Assembly (NCBI GenBank): GCA_044356215.1
Contig: JBIKWQ010000039.1
Coordinates: forward strand, 1-31,104
Reading direction: 5' to 3'
Source of the DNA: Bdellovibrionota bacterium
Lineage (GTDB): Bacteria; Bdellovibrionota_C; UBA2361; OMII01
Length of the DNA: 31,104 nucleotides
In this document: positions 15,886 through 25,296 of the stretch, in pieces
Layout of the letters: the number at the start of each line of letters is the position of its first letter
Numbering within the stretch: position 1 is the stretch's first letter
Notes under the pieces: generated by a model
The model's database searches: none
Told to the model about the DNA's origin: nothing
The model's input: only the letters and a program-made list of their open reading frames with translations
Made by a program: the position numbers and the translations under genes

Positions 15886-17994
15886 ATGCTTGGACTAAAT
15901 CGACTCAGTATTCAATCAAAGATGATCCTGCTTCTACTAGGAGTGAGCTTGAGTTCTATCGGGATTATAGCATCCATTGGGTACTCGTCCGCTAAGGCAG
16001 CTCTAATCCGCTCAGCTGAGAATCAGCTTCAAGGAATCAGAGTCGCTAAAACAACGACCCTCAAGGAGATGTTAGACGCGTTAAAAGACCAGGTTATATC
16101 TATCTCTGATAGTCGCGCTGTGATCGATGGGATGAATCAGTTTAAAAACGCCTATCGTGAGCTAAGGTCCAAGACTATTAGCTCTGAGGAGTATGACAAG
16201 CTAAAGGATTTTTATAACGCTCGCTATCTTCCAGAACTCGCGAAGAGCATCGATGGCAGCCCGATGTTAGAGCGTTATCTTCCCAGCGCTCCCGCCGCTC
16301 GCTACCTCCAGTATCACTACATCGCTAGCAATCCAAATCCCTACCTTAAGATGCAGGACCTCTCTGTCGCCGTTAATGACACCTCAGAATACAGCCAAGT
16401 TCACGCCAATCTTCATGGCTTGTTCTCCCGAGCAGTTAAGATCTTCGGTTTTGAGGATCTCATGCTAATAGACGCTGATACTTTAGAGATCGTCTACTCC
16501 TATCAGAAGACCGCCGAGTTCGCGACAAATCTTATGGATGGACCATACGCCGCGACTAACTTAGGTGACCGCGTTAGAACAATTCGCGCCGCCCGCGACC
16601 GAGACGACTTTAAGATCGCTGACTTTGAACCGTATCGGCCGAGCCTAGGCCTGCCGATGGGATTCGCTATGAGCCCGATATTTGACGGCACCAAGATGAT
16701 CGGCATCTTAGCTCTTCAATTTCCGATCGAGATATTTAATCGAGTTCTCTCTGGCGACTACAACTGGAGCGCAGAAGGCTTAGGCGAGACTGGCGAGGTA
16801 TACGTTGTCGGACCAGATCGAACATTCCGCAGCCGCTCGAGGCTAATGTACTCAAATCCAGATGTTTTTATTCAGAAGCTTCAAGAGAGTGGCGCCTCAA
16901 AGAGCACTATCGAAGCCGTCAAAATGAAGCGCACAGCCATGAATATTATTCCGGTTAAAAACAGAAGTGTCGAAGAGGCTTTCCGAGGACACTCAGGAAT
17001 AAACCGCGTAAATGACTATCTAGGTAAGCCGGTTTTGAGCGCTTATGGACCACTTGAGCTAGACTCCCTCCGCTGGGCCGTTTTGGCCGAGATCGATGTC
17101 GCTGAAGCGGAGGCTCCGGCGCGCGAATTCGGAAGAAAGGTGATTATCATATCGAGCGCGATGGCGCTCTTAGTGAGTGTTTTAGCGCTTATATCATCAT
17201 ATCTCCTCACCAAACCACTAAGAATGCTCACTGACGGCGCGCGTCGGATTGGATTAGGTGAGACAAATGTCAAAGTAGTGGTGTCTTCGCGAGACGAATT
17301 TGGAGAATTAGCGCGAGTTTTCAACGAAATGTCGGATAATATAACCTCTCAGACGGAGCGCTTAGCGGAGCAGGATCGTCAGAATCAGGAGCTCTTACTA
17401 AGTATACTCCCAGCTTCCGCTGTCGAGCAGCGCCGCGAGGGTGATGAGAAAGCCAATCGTGAATTTGCTGATGTTTCGGTTCTGTTCTCTGAGATTCACG
17501 GGATGGAGGAGCTAGGAGCCCGAATCGGAGAGGCTAAGGCCTTGTCTGTATTAAGTGATCTGATAGCAGCTTTTGACGACGCCGCTGAGAAATTTGGGAT
17601 AGAGAAAGTCAAAACGATCGGGGCTTCGTATCTCGCGGTGTGCGGTCTGTCAATCACAAGACCAGATCACGCTCGCAGAGTACTACAGTTCGCCGAGGAT
17701 ATGTCCCGAGTAATCGCGATATTTAATCGCGATCATAAGGCGGATCTTAAGATAGCTATAGGCATCAACTCCGGCCCTGTGGTCGGAGGGGTAACAGGAC
17801 GTCGGAAATTTCTCTACGATCTATGGGGCGATACAGTTAGCATCGCTAAGAAATTAGCCTTAAGCGATGGTGCCTCTATCCGCGTCACCGATGCGGTTCG
17901 CGCGCGTCTGGGAGAGCAGTTTTCATTTAATGGGCCAGTGCGCGTTGAACTCGATGGGAAACCAGCCATAGAAGCTTGGCAGATAGCGGTTTAA
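15886..17994 (+). CDS. Membrane class III nucleotide cyclase-like protein (TM, Cache-like sensor, TM, HAMP, cyclase), catalytically degenerate
   Basis: HAMP 'KPLRMLTDGARRIG...SRDEFGELARVFNEM'; cyclase 'EKVKTIG', 'IGINSGPVVGGV', 'YDLWGDTV'. Confidence 0.92.
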   Translation: MLGLNRLSIQSKMILLLLGVSLSSIGIIASIGYSSAKAALIRSAENQLQGIRVAKTTTLKEMLDALKDQVISISDSRAVIDGMNQFKNAYRELRSKTISSEEYDKLKDFYNARYLPELAKSIDGSPMLERYLPSAPAARYLQYHYIASNPNPYLKMQDLSVAVNDTSEYSQVHANLHGLFSRAVKIFGFEDLMLIDADTLEIVYSYQKTAEFATNLMDGPYAATNLGDRVRTIRAARDRDDFKIADFEPYRPSLGLPMGFAMSPIFDGTKMIGILALQFPIEIFNRVLSGDYNWSAEGLGETGEVYVVGPDRTFRSRSRLMYSNPDVFIQKLQESGASKSTIEAVKMKRTAMNIIPVKNRSVEEAFRGHSGINRVNDYLGKPVLSAYGPLELDSLRWAVLAEIDVAEAEAPAREFGRKVIIISSAMALLVSVLALISSYLLTKPLRMLTDGARRIGLGETNVKVVVSSRDEFGELARVFNEMSDNITSQTERLAEQDRQNQELLLSILPASAVEQRREGDEKANREFADVSVLFSEIHGMEELGARIGEAKALSVLSDLIAAFDDAAEKFGIEKVKTIGASYLAVCGLSITRPDHARRVLQFAEDMSRVIAIFNRDHKADLKIAIGINSGPVVGGVTGRRKFLYDLWGDTVSIAKKLALSDGASIRVTDAVRARLGEQFSFNGPVRVELDGKPAIEAWQIAV

Positions 17995-18008
17995 ATAACG
18001 GAGATTTT

Positions 18009-19463
18009 GTGAACGAGCTAATCGAGTTAAATCTCACAAATTTCTGGCCCGCGGTTTTCGTCGCTACGGGTTTCCCCGCGGTGATGTTAATTCTAAATGA
18101 GGCTATCGCCGCCTGCGCGAAGCGGGAACTTAGCGTTGAGCGAACGCTGCGCTCATTACGCAACCTGGTCGTGCCGGCCGCCGCTCTCCTAGTTTTTACG
18201 CGCTTTGTTCTTGAGCTACCACAAACAAGCACCGTTAGTAGGTTAATAGAAACCGCGTTCTGGGTCCTACTACTCTTTACCGCTCTTGGCATCGTCAATG
18301 ACGTAATCTTTGGCGGAGGATCGAAGCAGGCTTGGCGTGGTAGAGTACCTAAGCTTTTCTCCGATCTATTACGCGCTGTTTTAGTGGCGATCGGCGCTAT
18401 GGTGATCTACTCAAACGTTTGGGGTCGTGAGGTTCAGGGAGCTCTTACAGCGCTTGGTGTTGGCTCAGTTGTAATCGGTTTAGCGCTCCAGGAGCCTTTA
18501 GGAAATATCGTCTCTGGACTGATGCTCCTATTTGAACGCCCGCTTAAGGTCGGTGACTGGGTCTCAGCTGAAGGCGTGACTGGAAAGGTTATCGAGATTA
18601 ATTGGCGCTCTGTCCACATACTCACCCCAACTCGTGAGCTGCGAATAGTTCCTAACGTGCGCCTTTACAAAGGCGCGTTTAGTAATCTGTCGCGCCCGAC
18701 CGATACCCGCACCGAGGCGCTTCAAATAGGTTTTAGCTACGACGATCCGCCTAATCGGGTTAAAGAAGTCCTGAATGAGCTGCTCGCCGAGACACCAGGG
18801 ATTTTAAAAGATCCAGCTCCGGCGGTGCGAACTGTTGATTATAGCGACTTCTCGATCATCTACCGGATCTCTTTTTCGGTCGCTCAGCAGGATGATTTAG
18901 CGGCCGCGCGCGATCAGTTTATGACTAGAATGTGGTATGCGGTAAGGCGCGCGGGGCTCACTATTCCGTTTCCAATCACCATGGAGTACAGCCCAGGAGA
19001 GAATCCAGGGGCGCCAAAGGTGTCCACTAATGAGTGGCTACGAAACTATCCTAGATTTAAATCCGCTATTAAAAATAGCGATAGCTCAACTGAGCCTCGT
19101 GTGATTGAATTCGCGATCGGAGAAACGATCCAACGAGCGGGAACAAGCTTTTCTGGCTTCGCCCTCATTTTGACCGGTCAGGCTACGCTTAGTGCCACAT
19201 CCTCCGATGGCTCACTGGTCACCGTAGGCGAGATCGGCGCCGGGGAATGCTTCGGGGAGCAGCTCACCGCTGGACCAGCGGCGGACGCTATAGAGATCCG
19301 GGCTGTTACAGATATGCGCGTGATGGTTTTTGAAAGCAAGTCGATTGGCGATCTTTTAAACAGGTCTCCAGGTCTCGCCTCGGAGATCGGAGACGCCATC
19401 GAATCCAGGCGCAAAGCTTCTCTCGCGGCGCGCTCACGTCGCGTCGCGAGAGTGGGTGCCTAA
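18009..19463 (+). CDS. MscS-family mechanosensitive channel with C-terminal cNMP-binding-like domain
   Basis: GLALQEPLGNIVSG..ERPLKVGDWV..GKVIEINWRS (MscS core); C-terminal 'GECFGE' CNB fold; start placed at GTG 18009 after GGAG (ORF track 17976). Confidence 0.92.
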   Translation: MNELIELNLTNFWPAVFVATGFPAVMLILNEAIAACAKRELSVERTLRSLRNLVVPAAALLVFTRFVLELPQTSTVSRLIETAFWVLLLFTALGIVNDVIFGGGSKQAWRGRVPKLFSDLLRAVLVAIGAMVIYSNVWGREVQGALTALGVGSVVIGLALQEPLGNIVSGLMLLFERPLKVGDWVSAEGVTGKVIEINWRSVHILTPTRELRIVPNVRLYKGAFSNLSRPTDTRTEALQIGFSYDDPPNRVKEVLNELLAETPGILKDPAPAVRTVDYSDFSIIYRISFSVAQQDDLAAARDQFMTRMWYAVRRAGLTIPFPITMEYSPGENPGAPKVSTNEWLRNYPRFKSAIKNSDSSTEPRVIEFAIGETIQRAGTSFSGFALILTGQATLSATSSDGSLVTVGEIGAGECFGEQLTAGPAADAIEIRAVTDMRVMVFESKSIGDLLNRSPGLASEIGDAIESRRKASLAARSRRVARVGA

Positions 19464-19465
19464 CG

Positions 19466-20188
19466 ATGGTTGTATTCATGTCATCACCTCTATTCCTCCT
19501 CTCAGATCCGGATCTATTCGCGGTATACAAGCCGCCGGGGATGCACTCAGTTAAGATCCCAGAAGATGGGGGATACTCACTGGCGGATGAACTGATTGCT
19601 TACGATCCAGATCTGTCTCTCGCGTCACGCTCCAGCCTCGATGGTGGCCTAGTGCAGCGCCTCGACTTTGGAACTAGCGGCGTTTTATTAGGCGCTAAGA
19701 ATCGCCCCACATGGGACGCCCTCTATGAGGCCCTAAGCGCGGGGAAAATAGAGAAGAGTTATGTAGCGCTAGTAGAGGGAGAGATCTCTGAGTCCATTAC
19801 CGTCTCAACACTAATAGGCTCACCACACCGCGGAGCTAAAAAGATGCGCATCTATTCGAGCCCACCGACACCACCGGTGCGCGCTTTACCAGGAACAACT
19901 GTATTTACACCGATAAAACACTTACCTCAATTTGATATGACATTAGTTCAAGCCGAAGCGTCTCCCGCGCGACGTCATCAGATCCGCGCGCATGCAGCAC
20001 ATATTGGCCACCCTCTTGTGGGCGACCTACTATACGGCTCAAGGCGATCCATCGGCGCTCTCTGCGCCTTACCTCGAGATTTCTTCCTTCACGCGTGGCG
20101 CTTAAAGTTCAAGCATCCAAAAAGTGGGGAGACAATAGAAGTTGAAAGCGATTTTAAAGTGGAACTAAGCTTTAGAAGTGGAGTATAA
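19466..20188 (+). CDS. RluA-family RNA pseudouridine synthase
   Basis: [18 protein letters not shown] (catalytic Asp), [39 protein letters not shown]. Confidence 0.92.
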   Translation: MVVFMSSPLFLLSDPDLFAVYKPPGMHSVKIPEDGGYSLADELIAYDPDLSLASRSSLDGGLVQRLDFGTSGVLLGAKNRPTWDALYEALSAGKIEKSYVALVEGEISESITVSTLIGSPHRGAKKMRIYSSPPTPPVRALPGTTVFTPIKHLPQFDMTLVQAEASPARRHQIRAHAAHIGHPLVGDLLYGSRRSIGALCALPRDFFLHAWRLKFKHPKSGETIEVESDFKVELSFRSGV

Positions 20189-20198
20189 ATCGGTAAAT

Positions 20199-21122
20199 AT
20201 GCGAGCGAATTCAATCTTAGACACAATCGGTAACACCCCTCACGTCAAACTTAACAAGCTTTTTGGACCGGACCGCTCGGTTTGGCTTAAGCTGGAGAGG
20301 ACAAACCCCGCTGGCAGCATCAAGGATAGAATAGCCGCGGCGATGGTAGAGGCTGCGGAAAAGTCGGGCCAACTTAAACCTGGAGGTACGATCATCGAGC
20401 CGAGCTCAGGCAATACTGGAGTAGCTCTCGCTATGGTGGCGGCGGTTAAGGGCTACAAGTTAATAGTTGTTATGCCCGAGTCTATGTCGATAGAGCGGCG
20501 CCGCTTGATAAAACTTTATGGTGGAGATTTAGTTCTTACTCCACGCGAAAAAGGAATGCGAGGAGCGGTAGAGCGAGCTAAAGAGCTTACGGCTGAGATT
20601 CAAGGCTCATGGATTCCACAACAGTTCGAAAATCAGGCTAATCCTGCTATCCATGCTCTTACAACAGCACGAGAGATCTTAAATGATTTCCCAGAAGGGA
20701 TCGATTATATGATCACCGGTGTCGGCACGGGAGGACACATCTCAGCCTGCGCTAAAGTTTTAAAAGAGCGCTTTCCAAAGTTAAAGGTCTTCGCTGTAGA
20801 GCCAGCGGCATCACCTGTAATCAGCGGGGGACAGCCATCTCCTCATCCTATTCAGGGTATCGGCGCTGGGTTTATCCCGGCTAACTTAGAACGAGAGCTT
20901 CTTGATGGCGTAATCAAAGTTACCAACGAGGAGGCTTTTGCTTTCGCGCGTCGCGCAGCTCGTGAGGAGGGGATCTGTCTCGGTGTCTCTTCAGGGGCGT
21001 CTCTTGCCGCGGTTGCAAATAAGATTATTGAGATTCCAGCTAGCGCCACAGTGCTAACTTTCTGCTACGACACCGGAGAGCGATATTTCTCGGTGGCGAA
21101 TCTTTACAGCGACGAGGTTTAA
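20199..21122 (+). CDS. cysK: Cysteine synthase A
   Basis: [19 protein letters not shown] (PLP Lys), [42 protein letters not shown]; start ATG 20199. Confidence 0.96.
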   Translation: MRANSILDTIGNTPHVKLNKLFGPDRSVWLKLERTNPAGSIKDRIAAAMVEAAEKSGQLKPGGTIIEPSSGNTGVALAMVAAVKGYKLIVVMPESMSIERRRLIKLYGGDLVLTPREKGMRGAVERAKELTAEIQGSWIPQQFENQANPAIHALTTAREILNDFPEGIDYMITGVGTGGHISACAKVLKERFPKLKVFAVEPAASPVISGGQPSPHPIQGIGAGFIPANLERELLDGVIKVTNEEAFAFARRAAREEGICLGVSSGASLAAVANKIIEIPASATVLTFCYDTGERYFSVANLYSDEV

Positions 21123-21210
21123 CTGACCACTAGAGACATTCATCCTTTGCACATCCGCCTGAGATTTATCATTTAATTTCAGATGTTTAGAGCAGATCGC
21201 GCCTAATCTA

Positions 21211-21238
21211 TCAAGATTTTCATGTACTTGGCCGATCC
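21211..21238 (+). promoter_or_regulatory. Candidate sigma-28 (FliA) promoter upstream of the FG-GAP gene
   Basis: TCAAG-N15-GCCGATCC; same spacing as the candidate upstream of cheY. Confidence 0.35.
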
Positions 21239-21352
21239 TAGAGATGTAAAGGTAGAAGTTTTTTCACGCAGAGTAGAGTAGCCTTAGCAGTTAGTGTACC
21301 CTCGCTCTCTAAAGAAACAGTGGTATAGCACATTCTTAAAGAGATTTCGATT

Positions 21353-23587
21353 GTGAAATTTGGTTATTTGTCGCGAATGATTTCAGAGCTTGGATGTATT
21401 TTGAGACCGCACATTGGCTTCTCCGCCAGAGCGGCATCTCGCGCTCTGGCTCTGCTGGCAACTTCAATCTACTTAATCTTCTTCACATTCGCGACTAACG
21501 CCGTGTCTCAACAAGAGATCCTTGGACTCGAGGCTCGTGGCTCGAATATCTTTGCTTACGGCATAATGGTGAAAGACTCTAAGGCTACCGTGAGGTCGCT
21601 AGGAGGTGTCTCTGTTAATAGCGGCATCGGCTACTTGATCGGACAGTTCTCTTCTCCAAACGAGAGCGTGCTTACTCAGATCACTAAATCAAGTGACCGG
21701 ACTATTAGACTTACATCAACAAATTCGCGAGGCGCTACATTTATATCAGTTATTGAGCTATCTCAGGCGATTGGAGACAAGCTTATCGCTTTGGGAGGAT
21801 TTGATCTCTCTCGCGATGGCGTAAAAGACATCGCGATAGTTGATGTTAGTGGAAATACCTACAGATGGTTCCTAATCTCTAATCCGTTAACAAACAACGC
21901 TCGCCAGACAAAAACCTTTACTCTCGGTAACGAGGGGGATATTCCAGATTGGTTCGAGGCTCCGGGGGACGCTATCCGCTTCGCCGCGGTTAGGCACCGC
22001 AGCGGCTCGCCTTCTGTGAGACTACTAACTGCCAATCAGTCCGGTCGCGCTCTTCGGCCAGTTAGTGGGATGTGGTCGCGGGGATTTGGGGCGGTCACTA
22101 CAAGTCAAATGCGACTAGGCCACCGCAGGGATCTCGGGATAGCTCTGCAATCAACAACCGGGGAATCGGTGATGGTCGTCAGCCCAAGCAGAAAGCTGGT
22201 TCAAAATAAAGTTCCCAGTAAATTATGCGGGGGCGTTCAACATATCACCAAGGTGCTTCGGCGAGGAGACGTAGCTACTTTCGAGTCATGCCCTGACAAA
22301 AGATATATAGTCGCTAGACGAGGCAACTTCGGAAAGGAACAAAAAGATCGCGTCATAGAGATCGGATCACTCGGAACCTCTCTCTATTTTATGCGCCGAG
22401 GTGATCGAACAGATATAGGCGGTTCTGAGCTGGGTATTCCTGGTGTTCCCACTCCAGGACCGGGGGCGATCGTAATTCCAGATCCAACTACCACCCCAAC
22501 CGCGACGATAAGCCCTGCGCCAACGATGACACCTACCCCTACCAAGACTCCGATGAATACTAACGTACTCATCGAACAAGCCCGCTATTCAACTTATCCG
22601 GGTGAGTCTGACGTCGCTATCGCTGACTACAACGGTGATGGTTTCCTAGACATAGCGTCCGCCGCAGTGGAGGGCCGGGTTGATATCTTGTTAGGAGTGG
22701 GAGACGGCACGTTCACAAGTGGCGCTCCTTTTAGCGCTGCCCGAGCTAACTTCTTGGACAACGGAGATCTAAACAACGACGGAAAGATAGACTTAGTTCT
22801 GGCTGATTATATTAATGGCGCGCTCTATTCATACCTTGGAAACGGAGATGGCACATTTGTCGCTGGCGGAATGATAGACGCCCCGGGAGACTCTCAAGGT
22901 ATTGAGCTTGGAGACTTTAACTCTGATGGGAAGCTAGACGCGGCGTGCGTAAGTGGTAGTACAAACGAGCTAAGTATTTTCTTTGGGAATGGCGACGGCA
23001 CATTCGCCTTATCTCAAAACCTTGCGACAGGAGGGGCTCCATTTACGTTAAAATTGGGAGACCTTAATGGTGATTCAAAGCTTGACATAGTCGTCGCCGA
23101 CTCAAGCACTAATACTCTATCTATCTTTTTAAATCTTGGAAGCGGTACGTTTGGCGCGAGAAGTTCGATCAGTAGCGGGCCAGCTCCAAATATAGGTGAT
23201 ATTGGCGATCTAAACGGAGACGGTAAACTAGATCTCATCGTCACTAATACCAACGCAAGCCGATTTGAGCTATTTTTTGGTAAAGGCAATGGAACCTTTG
23301 AGTCTCCAGTCTTTATCGCTACCCAAGGCGGACCTTTCGGCTCGACAATCACTGATTTTAATCGCGATGGATGGTCTGATGTTGTAGTTACCACACTGAG
23401 CAACTTTATAAACGTATTCCTTGGAAACGGCGACGGTACTTTCCAGATTCGACGTGATTACGACTCTACCAGTAGCCCGCGCTTCCCAGAGGCAGGAGAT
23501 TTTAATAGAGATAATTACCCAGATATCGCTGTACCTCAGTACACAACGGGAACTATAGGGATATATCTGGGCCGACCGGCGCTATAG
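21353..23587 (+). CDS. Secreted FG-GAP/VCBS repeat protein with Pro/Thr-rich linker
   Basis: Signal-like hydrophobic stretch; about 310-aa unknown domain; PTPGP...PTTTPTATISPAPTMTPTPTKTP linker; seven D-x-N-x-D-G/S/N-x-x-D repeats. Exact start uncertain. Confidence 0.9.
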   Translation: MKFGYLSRMISELGCILRPHIGFSARAASRALALLATSIYLIFFTFATNAVSQQEILGLEARGSNIFAYGIMVKDSKATVRSLGGVSVNSGIGYLIGQFSSPNESVLTQITKSSDRTIRLTSTNSRGATFISVIELSQAIGDKLIALGGFDLSRDGVKDIAIVDVSGNTYRWFLISNPLTNNARQTKTFTLGNEGDIPDWFEAPGDAIRFAAVRHRSGSPSVRLLTANQSGRALRPVSGMWSRGFGAVTTSQMRLGHRRDLGIALQSTTGESVMVVSPSRKLVQNKVPSKLCGGVQHITKVLRRGDVATFESCPDKRYIVARRGNFGKEQKDRVIEIGSLGTSLYFMRRGDRTDIGGSELGIPGVPTPGPGAIVIPDPTTTPTATISPAPTMTPTPTKTPMNTNVLIEQARYSTYPGESDVAIADYNGDGFLDIASAAVEGRVDILLGVGDGTFTSGAPFSAARANFLDNGDLNNDGKIDLVLADYINGALYSYLGNGDGTFVAGGMIDAPGDSQGIELGDFNSDGKLDAACVSGSTNELSIFFGNGDGTFALSQNLATGGAPFTLKLGDLNGDSKLDIVVADSSTNTLSIFLNLGSGTFGARSSISSGPAPNIGDIGDLNGDGKLDLIVTNTNASRFELFFGKGNGTFESPVFIATQGGPFGSTITDFNRDGWSDVVVTTLSNFINVFLGNGDGTFQIRRDYDSTSSPRFPEAGDFNRDNYPDIAVPQYTTGTIGIYLGRPAL

Positions 23588-25202
23588 TTCCAGCCCGCGT
23601 ATTAGATCTTCTCCATTTGGATTGATCAAGTGGAGTGTTGTCACGATCTAGTGGGATAGCCAAGAAGGTGCCACCTGTCTCGTGAGTAATCTTTAAAGCT
23701 ACCGCTGACTCAGGCAACGATCCTTCAGGCAGATCTGTACCTGGTACTATCTCAAAATACTCTCCTGCACCTTCTACCGCACCTAACTTATGCTCAGGGT
23801 CCCTTTCCAATAGATTCAACGCTGAATCGACAGCTTCACTACCTGTGAAGTTTCTCTCTACGTAACCTATATCGATCCCTGGACCCTGGAAGTCTGAATT
23901 AGCTAAGATCCAAGCATGAAAAGGAATCGATGTCGGGACACCATCAATACGATAACCCTCTAGATACTGAAATGCCTTATAAATAACATGCGCGCGGGTC
24001 TCGCCATGAAAGATTAACTTGCTGATCAATGAATCATAGAATGGAGGTATCGCATCTCCTTCTCTGTATCCGTAGTCTTCCCGAAACGTCCCGTCGTTAA
24101 TTTTTTCTTGCGGCCGAACCCAACTCTCAATAGTACCAACTGCCGGCCTAAACCCCTCGCGAACATCCTCCGCGTTTATTCGCAGCTCGATCGCGTGACC
24201 GGAAAAAGAGATCCCTTCCTGAGAAACTGGCAATTTTTCACCCATAGCAACTTTAAGTTGCAAAGCTACTAGATCTACTCCCGTAATAGCTTCTGTTACC
24301 GGATGCTCAACCTGAATCCTGGTGTTAATCTCTAAAAAGTAAAACTCTCTTCCCTTAACTAGAAACTCAGCCGTTCCCGCGTTGTAATACCCGACACTTT
24401 TCGCGGCAGCCACGGCGGCCTGATGAATAAGCTCGCGCGTTTCGTTATCAAGAAATGGAGCTGGCGCCTCTTCTACTAATTTCTGATGACGTCGCTGCGC
24501 TGAGCAATCGCGAGTTCCGAAATGAACAATACTTCCGTGCTGATCCCCAAATAGCTGCACCTCAACATGCCTGGGCTCCTCAATATAACGCTCAAGATAC
24601 ACCGCGTCGCTTCCAAAGTTTTTAAGAGCCTCGGCGCGAGCTCTTTCAAGCGATTCCGCCAGCTCACTAGACTGCCTAACAATTCGCATCCCGCGACCAC
24701 CGCCACCAGCGGCAGCTTTTATAATTACAGGGAACCCGATCTCCTGGGCTGCTTTAGCCAACTCCGCGTCACTCGCACCGCCGAGGCTTCCTGGTGTTAC
24801 GGGAACTCCCACCTTCGATACGGTCGCCCTCGCAATGGTTTTTACCCCAAGCGCCTTAATGCTCTCTGGCGATGGACCGACAAAGATTAATCCAGCATCT
24901 ATGGTGGCTTGGGCGAAATTTGGATCCTCTGATAGGAATCCATAACCTGGGTGTATCGCGTCACACCCTGTTGCTAGCGCCGCGGCGATTATCTTATCAC
25001 CGCTTAGATAGGATTCCCTGGCTGTTGAGCCGCCCAAGGCAACCACTTGATCTACCTCACTAGCCGCTAGGGAATTAAGATCGGGATCTGAAGCGACTAA
25101 GACGGTTTTAATCCCCAATGATACGCACGCCCTATGAATCCGCCTAGCGATCTCCCCGCGGTTAGCGATTAAGAGCTTAGTAATCTTTTTTTTAGTTTTC
25201 AT
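23553..25202 (-). CDS. Biotin carboxylase (AccC-like subunit of an acyl-CoA carboxylase)
   Basis: LIANRGEIA, IHPGYGFLSE, KAAAGGGGRGMR, RDCSAQRRHQKLVEEAP, EINTRIQVEHPVTE, YDSLISKLI; no biotinylation (AMKM) domain. Confidence 0.95.
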   Translation of the reverse strand: MKTKKKITKLLIANRGEIARRIHRACVSLGIKTVLVASDPDLNSLAASEVDQVVALGGSTARESYLSGDKIIAAALATGCDAIHPGYGFLSEDPNFAQATIDAGLIFVGPSPESIKALGVKTIARATVSKVGVPVTPGSLGGASDAELAKAAQEIGFPVIIKAAAGGGGRGMRIVRQSSELAESLERARAEALKNFGSDAVYLERYIEEPRHVEVQLFGDQHGSIVHFGTRDCSAQRRHQKLVEEAPAPFLDNETRELIHQAAVAAAKSVGYYNAGTAEFLVKGREFYFLEINTRIQVEHPVTEAITGVDLVALQLKVAMGEKLPVSQEGISFSGHAIELRINAEDVREGFRPAVGTIESWVRPQEKINDGTFREDYGYREGDAIPPFYDSLISKLIFHGETRAHVIYKAFQYLEGYRIDGVPTSIPFHAWILANSDFQGPGIDIGYVERNFTGSEAVDSALNLLERDPEHKLGAVEGAGEYFEIVPGTDLPEGSLPESAVALKITHETGGTFLAIPLDRDNTPLDQSKWRRSNTRAGTIAPVGPDISL

Positions 25203-25260
25203 AGGCTTAAGATCGCTAGAGACGGCTGTTTATCCCTTTATGACCCAGGGCCAATCCGAT

Positions 25261-25289
25261 TTGCAACAGGGAATATTAAGGCGTATAAA
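25261..25289 (+). promoter_or_regulatory. Sigma-70-like promoter for trxB
   Basis: TTGCAA (25261-66)-N17-TATAAA (25284-89), 7 nt before ATG 25297. Confidence 0.5.
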
Positions 25290-25296
25290 TAAGCCT

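Noticed and set aside
15886..17994. Cyclase as a pseudogene
   Set aside because: The ORF is full length with no frameshift or internal stop, and the HAMP and structural motifs are intact, so a pseudoenzyme is the better reading.
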